DNA of 57,279 bases, filler included, from Dimargaris cristalligena (lineage: Eukaryota): the NCBI GenBank assembly GCA_003614675.1. It is 3 parts of 3 records of this genome, joined end to end, with 100 filler letters (N's around TTAATTAATTAA, not from the genome) between each part and the next. Parts side by side here need not be neighbours in the genome. Positions count along the whole stretch, not along the records: positions 1 to 19,029 come from ML002742.1; 2 more parts are not named here. One strand, 5' to 3'. The notes under the pieces are model-generated. The model did not search any database, had not been told where the DNA came from, and worked only from the letters and a program-made list of their open reading frames with translations. Position 1 is the stretch's first letter, and every line of letters begins with the position of its first letter. Both the position numbers and the translations under genes were made by a program. Of the stretch, positions 1 through 12,545 are shown piece by piece.

Positions 1-84
1 GAACAGCAAGTCTATCATCACCTTTCCCTTTTATTATCTATCTTTTCAAATAAAGTTCAGTTTTCAAGGATTTGATTTCAGTTC

Positions 85-669
85 TTTACACCTTCTAATC
101 CACCTTAATCCAGACACCATGCTGTCTACCCTTATTAGGCCTTATAGTGCCATATTAACTTTCCCATGGTCACCCCTGGTACTATGGGATTACCCTATAT
201 TATATAACCCTTCCCCTTCTGGACTCCAGCTCTTTGTACTAATCACTCAATATGCTGATCCGAAGACTCTTACAGTTACCATAAGAGTCTTCCAGATCCT
301 AGTAGCCATCTGGTTGGCCTATTTTCACTATATACCTTAGTTGCCTGTAGTCTTCCCTTGGGACCTCCCTCTAGAGTTGTCCCTACATATATATAACTGG
401 GTCCCCTTAGGACTAGTTAGATTCCTTAGCTTATTCTTACCCCCCTAGTTTACTCCAATAAACTCTATATATGCTTACCCCCTCATACTGATCTATAAGT
501 GTACCCACTGCATGTCCTTTACATAACCAATTACCTAGGCCTTTATTAGTTAGTACTGTACCCTGTACCTAATGCTAGTAGCCCACTTAGCCAAGTCTAA
601 GCCCCACCTACTATTAGAAGCCTATCCTTAGGACTCTTAATGGACTAAGAGTAATAAACCTAGGTGACA
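85..669 (+). mobile_element. Degenerate solo LTR (copy 1 of a ~580-bp LTR family)
   Basis: Aligns by eye over its length with 54369-54951 (direct) and with 55773-56344 and 57155-57279 (inverted). Ends ...GGTGACA. Internal TATATAA (~390) is followed by AATAAA (~457). Strongly CpG-depleted. The left boundary is degenerate. Confidence 0.75.
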
Positions 670-1161
670 GCCTAATTATACTAATATTCTGTTAGTATTC
701 CCAGTATCTTAGACCTAACAATCAGATTAGTGAGCACATAAAATTAATACCCTTTAGTTGAAGATACCTGTATAGGGGATAAGTAGTTTGCTATAGTAGT
801 TAACTACTTTTAATCTTCACTTAGTCTATGTGGGTACACTTCTATTAACTATACCACTTAAGGCCATCTCAACAAAGATTTACTCCATAGGGAACATGTA
901 ATTAAGGGATAACACTATATAATACCTAACACACCTACTAACAATATTGACAAATGTGAATAGTTAACTAGGTAGCCAAGAGGAAAAATATATTTTGAGT
1001 GTGACTATCTATTACAGATTTATCAAACTGCCGTTTCTCCAAATTATTGAAATTCAATGTTATGTATTATAGGTAAATAGTCAATTGCCTACAGTATCAC
1101 AAGGTCGAGAGTTTAATGGAATCAATTGTGACATGTTTTAAGGGTATTTGGAGTTTATTGG

Positions 1162-1782
1162 TTACCCGAAATGCAAAGGATCGCCAAATAAAATGGAAGA
1201 AAAATAAAAATGACTGACAGTAGGCACAGTGCTGGTGCCGCTAGTCTTGTTTACTCGAAAGGTGGGTGTGGTGGGGGTGGGGTTCGGCAGAGAGTATTCT
1301 TACTCAAGAACAAACTGTAGTGGGTTGATTTCTCACTTATTAAGAACACCTGGGTAATTGCCAGTAACAAATGGTTTGGGCTTAGACACAGGCTTAGTCT
1401 CAGGTTTGGTGGTAGAGGGCTTTTTCGGGGACTTAATTTTTTCCTTGCCTACGGTATTGTTGCGTGGATTGCTTGCGTTGGATGAGTTCGCAGGAGGATC
1501 TGGTCTAGGGGCGCCATCGGGTTTGACAGCGGTGGAGGACGGGGTTTGCTTCTTGATGGTTGGTATGGGGGAATTAAGTATCTTAGAAGCTTTGTTGTCA
1601 AGGAATAGGCCTTGTCTGAGATTTAATGTCCGACGGCGAATATCTTGAGGTAAAGTAGTGTGCAGGGGCAGTTAGCGGCGTTCCAATTGGCCAAATGAGC
1701 CAATGGTAGCCAGGATGGTGCCATGACTGAAAGCAGCCACAGTTGTCAAGGCGAGGGTAAGCATGGCAGTCGGAAAGTGCAT
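1162..1782 (-). pseudogene. Pseudogene of a secreted Pro/Lys/Ser/Thr-rich protein with signal peptide and dibasic (Kex2-like) sites
   Basis: The minus frame from ATG 1782 reads MHFPTAMLTLALTTVAAFSHG...LERR*LPLH...KPETKPVSKPKP...VLNK*EINP...VLE*EYSLPNPTPTTPT... In-frame stops at 1674-1672 (TAA), 1335-1333 (TGA) and 1302-1300 (TAA), with no frameshift. Confidence 0.6.
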
Positions 1783-1958
1783 AGTGGGTAATAAGGCAGT
1801 CAGAGTGAGGTTGGATTTCAATGTGCAGACTTTAGAGATGAATCAGTGGTAAATATCTGGCGAGAATGGAAGGGGAAATTGCAGTGGTGATGGTAGTACA
1901 GATGAAGGAAGGATGAGAGACCTGAAGATAATGGATTTCTAGGGAAGGGCGGCATTGG

Positions 1959-2026
1959 GTCGGTATTTATGTAATGGGCTTAAAGAGTCGGTATTTATGT
2001 AATGGGCTTAAAGAGTCGGTATTTAT
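1959..2026. repeat. 28-bp tandem repeat, ~2.4 copies (GTCGGTATTTATGTAATGGGCTTAAAGA)
   Basis: Perfect copies start at 1959 and 1987, with a partial copy at 2015. Confidence 0.9.
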
Positions 2027-5000
2027 TTTGGAATGCTGGAGTACCAACAGTGTGAGTGAGAAGCCGATCCTTGAATTTGGCGGGGTGAGATGGAGGTCCA
2101 ACCCCAGGTCAAGAGCTGGTCCACTAGTCGGTTGCTACATGCACCAAGGTCTCAAACCATTGAGCTATGGCCATCATTGCCGATGCCGCCCCCCCCCCTT
2201 CTACATGATGGAGTTGCCTCGCCTCCTGCTTGAATCTGGTTGAATTACAATCTAGTGACATCCATGTCTTTGCTGGGAATCCACTCAACCGCGATTGACA
2301 CAGAGTTTAATGAATCGCAGTTGAGTATCTCACAATGAATACAGGAAGCTGTTTGGTTTGTTTTGCCATGCAATAGCCCTGTGGCCTCCTGTTGCTCTTC
2401 CCCCATTTATTTGAGCAGTCCCTGCCCGATCACTCCGGCCAAGGCAGCAAAAGATCGGCAAGTTGGCATTGTATTGCCTGAGCCATCTTTTTATATGGCT
2501 GCCCATCCCCCCTTTTCCATGTGCAGGAGTACTGTGGGATGCCGGTACAACAGGTTATCCTAATGGCTTAGAGCCTATTTATTTAAATCTGTCTAGATAT
2601 TGATATCAATAAGTCGGCCATGCGTAAGGCTAGGCTAAAAAAATGGCCTAGGAACAAAGGAAGGTTGATCTATTGGGTTCATCTTTGCATTTTACAACAA
2701 CCAGCTAGGATTTCCGCCAGTCGATTATTTGGCTTATTTTCCTTCTGCCCGCTTTTCCATTTCAACGACTGCCCACAGGCGATCTACATGAAATGGGCAC
2801 AAGTTTGATTATTTTCATATAGGTTGGCCTAGGCGGCTAATCTTTTACAAGGTGCTTTGAGATCCCCATTATCAACCCCTGCTCTATCGGGTCTACAAAG
2901 TCAGACCAAGCCCCTTACTCGCCTAAGCCTACCCCCCCTTGCCCTACTGCCCAGCCCACGGAGTGTTGAAACTGCTGATATTCTGGCCTTGCCCTTCACA
3001 TGTACCGTTTCTACATTTGCTGACCATAACATCTCTTCGTGACTCCGTCCTGCCAAGTATGTGGCCTATTTATTTCATTTTTTGCAGACAAGATATACGC
3101 CTACTCCAGAGACTGCTGTTGCAAATGTGTAGTCCAAGAAGGTAATGACCGCCGGAATACAGAGGCCTACCGGGACTGTGGACCACTGAAAAAGTATAGT
3201 CTATTCCGAATCATATGGACCAACGAACAAAGGGAGCACTACCTAATTATGTTTCCCATTTCGCCCCCTCTTTTGAGTGTTTGGTACCAAAGTACATGAA
3301 AACAAAATGGGAAAATTAGACACCTCTCAACTGAGGCCACTCTCATACCACTCTTGCTCGCCTGGTTCCCCTGTGTGCAGTACTAATAAATTGAACTATC
3401 CACAATTTAGTGGAGCAAAGAACGCCCTCTACCCATTCTCTTTACAGCCACTATATGTCAATATATGTTTGATATCCTCGGTAGCCCACAGACTCTATTA
3501 TAATAATAGAATAATAAATCGAAGGGTAAATGCAAATGTTTTTTAATGCAACTTAAAATAATTATAGAAGATAGACATAACTGCAAGTGGCAAAGCTAGA
3601 TGTCTGTAGTTGGTTTTATTGAGTTGGAAATAGCAGTAATGATGATAAAAACGTTGTTCCGAGATGATATAATCATAGATATGATATAGTCCCGATTATA
3701 GGACGGACCAATCAGAGCGATGAAATCGGTGGGGCGGCATAAATGAATTTCCGACAATTATTACCAACATGCCAGGCCAAAGAACATAAAGTTTACTTAT
3801 TTTTTTGAACAACTCCAAATAGGGTATCAATGCACTAGTCCTTTTAGAACAGCTATATCTTACTATTAAATAAAAACAAAGACTTATCGTTTTACACATA
3901 CAAACTAGAAGAAATGGGCTTTTTTCTGGTTATAACCATTTATTTCTACTTTTATTAGATCCTTAATAATACCCATTGGAGCCACTGAAGCTATGCGAAA
4001 GTATAGCTATAGTAGCTAATACAACTTGTGGCACTCACTATCCGGGCCATGCACTACAATCGATAGATCTGAATACAGAGACCCTCTAGGCCACAGTTAC
4101 CACTGGGTTTGACCTTATCAATGCGACGTGGAGTCAATGAGTCGACAATACAGTATGTACCTCCCGGATTCCCCTGGTATTTATTTGCCACTTAAGTGCT
4201 ATATCAAATAGCATCGTCTTTTGCCCCTTGCACTGGTACCGTTTAGAGGAAAACGAAGACTGAGTTCGAAAACTCTAAATATATAGTTCATCAGTTATGC
4301 AAATTTTTAGCTACTACTGTTGGGCAGTTCGCTGCAATAGAATTTTGCCACCCTCTATAAAATGATACTGTATTAAAGTATCCCTCGTATTTTTTATTGA
4401 TGCCCTTGGGACAGACTCTATCCAGAATGGGTTATTCAAATACTTAGGACAGCTATAGTCACCAGGAAATAAAATTAAAGGGTCTAGCATTGAGGGCCTT
4501 AAGAACCTAAATCCAAGCATGAAGCATGATGTTTAATAGTAAAACGCTGATGGAATAAGGGTAGATCATCTGAGAATTATAATATCCATTTTTTTACAAA
4601 GTGATGGTGTATATTTTGTAGGGGTTTAGTTGCCTGGAGATTGGTACCTGCCAGTCATCCATGTCCAACTGATATTTGTATAAAATATTATTTCACAAGC
4701 AATTAGTAAACAGGCCTTGAATTAAAATTAAAATACATTAAGAGAGTAAATAAGACCAAAGGGCTTAGACCTAAATCTCATATTTACATTCGCCAATACA
4801 CAAGCACATGGCCTAAAATATAAGCAACCCATCGTGATCGATTAAAGATATGGATGGAATATATTCACGATACACCCAATCACTGACAATGTATGCCCAC
4901 TTTTAATTTCAACAACCCTTTTATAGGTTATATTAGACCCTTGATTCGCATGAAAAGGATTGGGCTTTATCGATTTGAATGACAATTTAATTCCTGCTTT

Positions 5001-5925
5001 ATTGTATACAATGGAAAAACCACTTCTGGAGCCATTATGTACGGGGTGATAGAAATTAGATCTCGACGTGATACCCCTCATTCCTTTGAAAGCCTTCCAC
5101 ACTTAGGTTGGGCTTCTCCCATTAGGTGAAATGATGTGGACGTGGCTTAGTTAGCTGGCTGCACCAATCACCCGATGGGTATGGAGAGACCGTTGGGCCT
5201 GCTGTCCGTGTTATCTCTCCCCCGTACCCATCCCACCTGACCCTTGAAATAGGCCATTATTGGCCTTTGTCCGTCTTTAGATTACGTCTTCAGGGCCAAC
5301 CGCCGCACTATCTAGCTCGTATCTAACCCAGCATGGCCGGCAGTTACCCACTGCCTTGGCCATTTGACTGTTTTACCTTAGAGCAGGGATGACAATGGTG
5401 GCTCTGAATAAAGGTATTCGAAAGTAATCTATCCCCCCAGGCCTTGCAGCTAATTCCTTTCCCCAATAAATCATGGGGGAGGGGGAGGAAAATGTACCAA
5501 CCGGTGTGTCCGTTGGACAACCCCCCTCTACTCATATTAAATTGGGATATGGTCACACACTCAATATCCCAGTTAAACTTGTCCCACCCTCTCACCTGCA
5601 ATCCAGCCTATATTTTTGACATTCTGCAACCATTTTCCTCCCGCCTCATCCCCCATTCACACTGTGGGGCGCTTTATCTTATTACCAAGCAAGTTGCTTT
5701 TGGAACTGCCTAATAACTAAGCCTGTATAAACGAACCTGATCCCACTTGCCTCGCTGATTCTTTTGTATTCCTTCTCTAATTCCTTTTTTATATTTATAA
5801 AAAAAAACCCCTATTTTATTATCTTCCTCGCCCCAGGTCCTGCTTTTTCAGTGTCCGGTGAATTCCTACAGCCCGCCTTCTTCTCCCTTTTGCAGTTATT
5901 ATTTGTATAGCATTTGTCGCACAAG

Positions 5926-8055
5926 ATGCACGCCACCATGCTAAAACGATCCACGGCCGCTACGGCTCTTCGTCCGTCCCGCTTCTGGGCCACTCGCGCT
6001 TACACCCAGGCCTCCGCCGGATGCGCCAACTGGGCTATGCGCTCGACTAACTCAAAACTGGCTCAATCTAGCCCGCCCACCCCGTTTACTAGCCAGAATG
6101 CGTAAGTTCGCTGGAATGTATATATACCATTCCGCCGGGTCCTTCTATTAAATGGACTGAGTCTGAAGATTAAGCACTACTGTAGAGATTCAAGACTTTT
6201 ATATTCTGTGCCGGGTGGGATTGCATTGCCCTTAACTGCAAATCATGCTGCCGCAAAGTGGGCTTGGCCGCTTTTTCCTTTTCGCCCGTGGGCATTCAAG
6301 CCTTTGAAACCCCGTACTCAGGCCATTTAGGGCATTCTGCTTTATACCACCTTGAAATGAAAGTTTGAAGCCACCGTTGGATTCGCTGGACTATTGCAAT
6401 TGGCTATCATCCCTATAATCCTGATTCCTGTCCGAACCCGTAAATGCCCAGTTTTCTGACACAAGGCAATTAACACGACTCCTTCCAATCTATATTCCCC
6501 TCCTTTTTCATCATCCACGATATGTGCCATATCGTGCCACTAGTCCCTTGGCCTCCAACTTCACCCTGTCGAAACGTTTCTACGCCGACAAGGTCGTGAA
6601 AGTACCCCAGATGGCCGAGTCTATTACTGAGGGTACCCTGAAACAATGGGTTAAACGTAAGCTCCCTTTCATCTTTAATTATCTGTCCATCCGTATACAC
6701 CCAGACCTTATCTTTGGGACTATGTGGGCATAGTTTAAGTAGTGTGACTCATGCCCATCACCCCTTATTTCACCTGCTACCACTCGTTGACCGAATGGGG
6801 ATCACGTGGTCTCAACCCTGACTTGACTAACCTGCCGACTTTGGAATCATCATGACCACACTATACACATGTTTGCATTCTCTAACACCCTTAACAATAC
6901 TACCTACTGCCAACACGGATATTATCACCTGCCTCCCCTCCTTGACTATAAAAAATGTTCTTAGAGGTGGGTGATTTCGTCAAACAGGACGAGGAAGTCG
7001 CCACCATCGAAACCGATAAGATTGATGTTCCCGTCAACGCCCCCACCTCGGGTATTATCAAGGAGGTTTTCGCCCAGGAGGAAGACACTGTGGCTGTCGG
7101 CGCCGATTTGTTCCGTTTGGAGGAAACCGACCAGGCCCCCGAAGGCTCGCAGGAAGCCGCTGCCCCCAAGGAAGAAAGCCACTCCGCCCCGGCCGCTGAA
7201 GAATCCGAGGTGAAGGCCTCTCCCGCTCCGACCGCCGCTCCCCCCAAGCCCGCCACCCCGGCCCCGGCTGCCCCCACTAAGCCATCCCCGGCGCCCGCCA
7301 CCTCCTCCCCCTCATCGACATCCTCCACTCCCGAGACCCCCGCCTCTCTGCGTGGCGAGCGTCTGGTGAAGATGACCCGCATGCGTCTCCGTATCGCCGA
7401 ACGTCTCAAGGAGTCCCAGAACGCGGCCGCTTCCCTGACCACCTTCAACGAGATTGACATGACCAACCTCATGAACCTACGTAAGGAGTACAAGGACCTC
7501 GTCCTCAAGAAACACGGGATCAAGCTCGGGTTCATGTCGGCGTTCGTGAAGGCCTCGGCCTACGCCCTCCAGGAAGTGCCCGAAGTAAACGCGTGCATTG
7601 ACGCCAGCGGCGACTACATCAAGTACCACGATTACGCCGACATTTCCGTGGCCGTGGCGACCCCCAAGGGTCTGGTGACCCCCGTCCTCCGTAACGCCGA
7701 ACAGCTCTCGTTCGTCGGAGTGGAACGCGCTATTGCCAATTTGGGCGCCCGCGCGCGGGACAATAAATTGACCATCGAGGACATGACCGGCGGCACCTTC
7801 ACCATTTCCAACGGCGGTGTTTTCGGTTCCCTCTACGGTACCCCCATCATTAACCTGCCCCAATCCGCCATTTTGGGTATGCACGCCATCAAGGAACGTC
7901 CCGTGGCCGTGAACGGAAAGATCGAAATTCGGCCCATGATGTACGTGGCCCTGACTTACGACCACCGATTGATCGACGGGCGTGAAGCGGTGACTTTCCT
8001 GGTGAAGGTGAAGGAGGCCGTCGAAGATCCAAGACGCCTGCTCCTGGAGGTTTAA
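5926..8055 (+). CDS. KGD2: Dihydrolipoyllysine-residue succinyltransferase (E2 of 2-oxoglutarate dehydrogenase), mitochondrial
   Basis: Predicted exons 5926-6101, ~6466-6656, 6965-8055. Arg/Ser-rich presequence, lipoyl domain ([13 protein letters not shown]...IETDKIDV), Pro/Ala linker, and catalytic domain with YDHRLIDG. Confidence 0.97.
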
Positions 8056-9560
8056 AGCGCATTAGAGCAACACAACCACCTATATAACCACCACCCATTC
8101 AGATTTTACCGGTGGTTGATTCTCCCATTCTCACTCGCTCGCACCTTATAAGCTTCTCGCTGATTTCAACTGGCCTTTATTTATCGAATACGACGTACAC
8201 GTCAAGTGTACGGTGGATTTGCTTTGGGAAGGGAAGTAGGACTACCTGTGTGCGTGTGGTATGAAGGGGAGTTTACATTCATAAATGTGGCCTTTCTCCT
8301 CTACCAACAATTATCCCCTGGGACTCGTACTTTACATACCATCGTCTTTCCCCCCTCCCTTTTTTTTAGCTACCATTATCCACTTCTTTATTACTCTCAA
8401 ACGAGACACGTACTATATTAATATATATTGTATCGTTGGGTACACGGCCGCATGTGGGGAGTAAATCTACGAGAAACGCATATGCGGAGTTTGAAATGAA
8501 TTTGGCCCATCTCTCGGATGGATTAGTATTACAATTACCCTTAGAGCCACTCCTGCCGATGAATGAGGCAGACCCTACAAAACAGGGATATTCATCATTC
8601 ACAATCCAGTAATGCACGCAGAATCCAAAATGAAATACACAGCTTGTACAAATATCACGTAAGGTTTGGGTCAGACAAATATACTATTATTAATCAAAAG
8701 ATAATAAAGCTACGTACAATTAATGAGATCTAAGTTCTAAGGTATAATAGTAAAGAAATATAATTAAATCACAGAATGATTAGGGATAAAGATGCAAACG
8801 AAATTTCAAAAAAATAAATAAAGAACGACCCGATACAAAAAATAACCGAATCAGAGTACAAACTGAAAAAAAAAGCAACCCAATACTGACGGAGTATGCT
8901 TATCGTAAGAGCAAGGTGAGGCTAGAAGGTTGGTGTGAAGAAAGGTGAATCCAGCTGAGAAAACGCAAATGTAGTGAATAATTGAAATCAAAGGCGAAGC
9001 GGGGTGACTGAAAATAATAAGGAATCAAGTTAGAATACTAATAGTAACTAAAGAACTGGTGAACTCAGTATGGTAAGGAGGATACGGAAATTAATGTTTG
9101 GAACCTAATTTCGGCTAAATAAAGGCATTCAACGTGAGGAATATAAAATAAAACGACTAGTCAATAATGTGGAAGAGCAAATAGAGGAGGGGGGAGTGGT
9201 GCATTTAGTAATAAAGAGTTGAACACGCTCCCCGCAGTTATAGGAGGAAAAATACAAGTAACAGCTTTACAGTATTCGCGGGCTGGTAGGGCGGGAATGA
9301 AGTGGAGAATGGGTGGGTATGTGGGCGCACCAATAGAAAAGGAGGTGGGGGCATTACTAGGTATAGGGGAAATAGAGGATACTCCTACTATGGATACATG
9401 TAAGAGTCGGGTGAGCGAGCAGCATTAAGGATTATTAGAGGCATGGTCCAAAGAGGGGTTCCTGCGTCGTCGGGGTGTAAGATAATAGATGATTGGTGTG
9501 ACAACACGGTAGGCCACACGGGAGATCGGGTAGGAGGGTGGGTGGTGGGTGACTCGACCA

Positions 9561-12545
9561 CTATTCGTAGTCACCCCGTTCCAACTCGATTTCAATTTGC
9601 AGGTCCGTCTCTAGAATTTCCCGGTAACATTCGAATTTCTGGAGGTTCAAGTACTGCTTCTTAATCTGCTGCCGTAGGTTATCAATCACAATCGTGGCTC
9701 GCTGCCTCGTTGTTCGCTGGAAAGGCACCATGATTGCCAGCTGCTGGTGCAGTCGCAAGTCCTTCTGAAGTTTGGCCTTCAGCTCTTCGATGCGCTCCTC
9801 CAGCTCCACGATTTTCTTCTTGAGAATATCACGGCGGGAGAAGAAGGCAATGCGTTCCCGGATGGTTTCGTAGGAGGTGCGGAGAGCGGAACTATTGGCA
9901 CCCAGTGAGGATGGACTCCGCGGGGGGATAGCGATACGCTCAGGCGAACCCGTAGGACAGGGGTTAGTGCCACCACCATTAACACTACTGTTGCCATGGG
10001 GAGGGGAAATGGCAGTGGTGGTCGGGATTGAGGCGCTACAGGCGGTGGTCGACCGAACCACCCGAGGGGATGCGGGCGGGGACACGTCATTGAGCTTGGC
10101 CGTGGCGGTGTAGTTACGGGACAGTGTAGGGTCGGCTGGGTTGGGATGAGGGGCAGTGTCTGGGGAACCTTCGGCGCTATCGCGATTTAAGTGGGGACTA
10201 GCTGGTGGGGAAAACGACAGGTGATGGTACGACACATGGCTGCCCTTGCGCTGGGATCGGATAGACGATGCGGCAGACCCAGGCCGCGGTGGTGGTGCAG
10301 TTTGGCTGAAACCGTCCTCACTATAAGTGGGGCGGCGCGGTTTGCTTCGGAGTGGAGCGGCCGTTGGATTAATCTTGGAGCCAAACGAATTGGAGTTAAA
10401 AGAAGCCGTGGTAGACCGATCCAGTGTGTCATTCAAGTGACTCCACTGGTCCGAGTCGACGGTAATGGTGGGGGTGGCCACTCCGCGGGTGGCAACTTCG
10501 AGGGTCTTGAACGCAGCGGCGTAATTAATCTTGGCCATCCAGTCATCCACATCGTCGTCCGAAGAGGCCCGGAAGAGGTATTGGCGACCATCACCGGCCA
10601 CAAACCGAAACACGTAGGGGTATTTGGTGTAATCACTGTCCAAGACGCATACACCATTCACGGTGGGGATGACCGTGTGTGGTTTTGGGGGCGGGCTGGA
10701 GTACTTGACGCTGGGATCCCGTCCGAAGGAGAAGGGGTTCAAGTGGAACGAAGCGGAGGCGGCCGCATCGCCGGGGGGTGAAGTGGACGGAGACTGGGCA
10801 TCTGAGCCATCTTGGCCTGGTGCGGGCATGCGGTTCTTGGGGTTCCGGAACCAGTCGATGTTGCGAAATAAAACCAGCTGACTGCCACTGAGAACCACCC
10901 AAAAGTCCTTCCAACTCCGCACGGGGGCCCGCTTACCGTTTTCCAAAACGTCAACCTTACGGATCAAGAAACCCTCTTTAGCACAGCGTAGGACAGTCAC
11001 CGAGGGGGATGGCTTTTCATTGGCGGCATGGTTGGCGATGGTCAGATTGGGCTGAGCCCGTCCACTGACCGCCTGGCGGTAAGGCCGCATCAAGGGAACG
11101 TTAATTTTAAAGACGCCGCGCATAATGGCATCCCGCAGAATGGATTGGGAACCGTGGTAGGTGTAGGGGGACTGGGACGGGGTATAGGGACCCAGTTTCG
11201 GGGACAACATGGCGTTGGTCACTTGCTGCATTAATGCGACCGGCTTACTAGTCAGGGGAACCGACTGGGATCGACCGAGAAGCTTGTTTTTCACCCAGGA
11301 GAACCCGGACTGACCCCCACCCTGGCTTTGGGAGCGGGTCAGGGGAAAGCTCCGAGGGGTGGGGGAGTCGGTGGCGGCCGCGGATGCGGTGGGCTGGGAG
11401 TTGGCAGCGCTGGCGGCCTGATACAGGTGCAATTTGCGGGTTAGGTGACTCAAGGTGGAGGTCGAGGAGTTGGTGGACGACGAGGTAGAGGGCCGAATGA
11501 TATCGATGGGCCCTTCCGCGCCAAGTGGGGTCGATTGAGAGGGGCCCGGCGCAGCTGAACCGCCTCCTGAGGCAGCGACGGCGTCTTTATCCATGTCGAT
11601 TTGATCGGCATAAAAGAACTGCACGTAGGTGATATTGTCATAGAGAATATCTAGCACTTCCGATGGCATGACGAAGTTGTTATCCATGCTACGGGCCATT
11701 TTCATATACTGTTCCTTGGTCATTTTTTGTTTAACGTGAATGTTGTGGGCGTCGGTGTGGAGGAGCATAAGGGAAAAGGCGAGCGTATAGACGGAGTCGG
11801 CCGAATCAAACAAATTGGGATTGCTCTCGTGGTAGCGCTTGGCGAAGCCATGGATGATACGGTCAATCTGCTGGGTTTCTTTCGGCAAATGCAACTCCCC
11901 CAGAAGTTTGCGCAAAGCAATATCGATGGGCTGGTTGCCAAAGTCGAGACTGGCCATGTATGTTTGGAGCAGAGTTTCATGAAAGCCATCTTTGCGGGCC
12001 AACAGAGTCCCCAACTCCGACTTGGGGTGGGTCCGCTTCAGGTGGTCCAACACCTTTTTGGGGTCGCGATCCTTGTAATTAATGGTGTTCTCTATCTGGG
12101 TGTAAAAATCGGCATCTCTGGATCGACGGATACTCCGCTGGCGGGACATGCGCTGCTGTTCTTTGAGTTTGTCCACAGTCAGTGACGAGCCGGAGATGGG
12201 CGCGGGGGAGGTGGCCAGTCGGCGCAGCGAAGGCTGGGAGCTAAGGGTAGAGCGGCTGGGGGCAGAGGACACCGTGGGAGCAGTGGGTCGGTGGGCTTCA
12301 GCAATGGCCACAGGGCTGGGGTGTGCGTCGCCACCATCCGAGGAAGACAGGGTGGCCACACCCACAGGGGCAGAATGCGACTGGTATAGCGAACCGGCTG
12401 AACCGGTAGAACTGGGGGAGCTGCCCGCGGGCGGGGTAGGGAGGATGTCAGTCGCAGTAACTACCGTGGTGGGGGCAGTCGGAGGTACAAACGGGGCGGG
12501 CGGGAAGGACATGGGGCACAGCAGCGTATCGGCCGATGCCACCAT
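9561..12545 (-). CDS. Sec7-domain + PH-domain ARF guanine nucleotide exchange factor (Syt1/EFA6-like)
   Basis: Intronless ~995-aa ORF. Sec7 motifs LHLPKETQQIDR and LAFSLMLLHTDAHN, PH domain (KEGFLIRK...RSWKDFWVVLSGSQL...WMAKINYAAAF) and a C-terminal coiled coil. First in-frame ATG is at 12545. Confidence 0.92.
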   Translation of the reverse strand: MVASADTLLCPMSFPPAPFVPPTAPTTVVTATDILPTPPAGSSPSSTGSAGSLYQSHSAPVGVATLSSSDGGDAHPSPVAIAEAHRPTAPTVSSAPSRSTLSSQPSLRRLATSPAPISGSSLTVDKLKEQQRMSRQRSIRRSRDADFYTQIENTINYKDRDPKKVLDHLKRTHPKSELGTLLARKDGFHETLLQTYMASLDFGNQPIDIALRKLLGELHLPKETQQIDRIIHGFAKRYHESNPNLFDSADSVYTLAFSLMLLHTDAHNIHVKQKMTKEQYMKMARSMDNNFVMPSEVLDILYDNITYVQFFYADQIDMDKDAVAASGGGSAAPGPSQSTPLGAEGPIDIIRPSTSSSTNSSTSTLSHLTRKLHLYQAASAANSQPTASAAATDSPTPRSFPLTRSQSQGGGQSGFSWVKNKLLGRSQSVPLTSKPVALMQQVTNAMLSPKLGPYTPSQSPYTYHGSQSILRDAIMRGVFKINVPLMRPYRQAVSGRAQPNLTIANHAANEKPSPSVTVLRCAKEGFLIRKVDVLENGKRAPVRSWKDFWVVLSGSQLVLFRNIDWFRNPKNRMPAPGQDGSDAQSPSTSPPGDAAASASFHLNPFSFGRDPSVKYSSPPPKPHTVIPTVNGVCVLDSDYTKYPYVFRFVAGDGRQYLFRASSDDDVDDWMAKINYAAAFKTLEVATRGVATPTITVDSDQWSHLNDTLDRSTTASFNSNSFGSKINPTAAPLRSKPRRPTYSEDGFSQTAPPPRPGSAASSIRSQRKGSHVSYHHLSFSPPASPHLNRDSAEGSPDTAPHPNPADPTLSRNYTATAKLNDVSPPASPRVVRSTTACSASIPTTTAISPPHGNSSVNGGGTNPCPTGSPERIAIPPRSPSSLGANSSALRTSYETIRERIAFFSRRDILKKKIVELEERIEELKAKLQKDLRLHQQLAIMVPFQRTTRQRATIVIDNLRQQIKKQYLNLQKFECYREILETDLQIEIELERGDYE

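Noticed and set aside
1162-1782. Stop-codon reassignment or readthrough as the explanation for the in-frame stops
   Set aside because: TAA, TAG and TGA all terminate conserved genes in this window at the expected positions (for example KGD2, BUD31, RSM7).
1959-2026. 28-bp repeats as a CRISPR-like array
   Set aside because: The units are directly adjacent with no spacers, the context is eukaryotic, and there are no cas genes.
3600-4900. AT-rich stretch with short coding-like fragments, possibly a decayed gene
   Set aside because: No recognisable protein similarity or consistent frame could be established by eye.
6900-7965. Long antisense or overlapping ORFs over KGD2 (and similarly over the Sec7, GST, coiled-coil and RSM7 genes)
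   Set aside because: Shadow ORFs expected from GC-rich codon bias, with no recognisable motifs.
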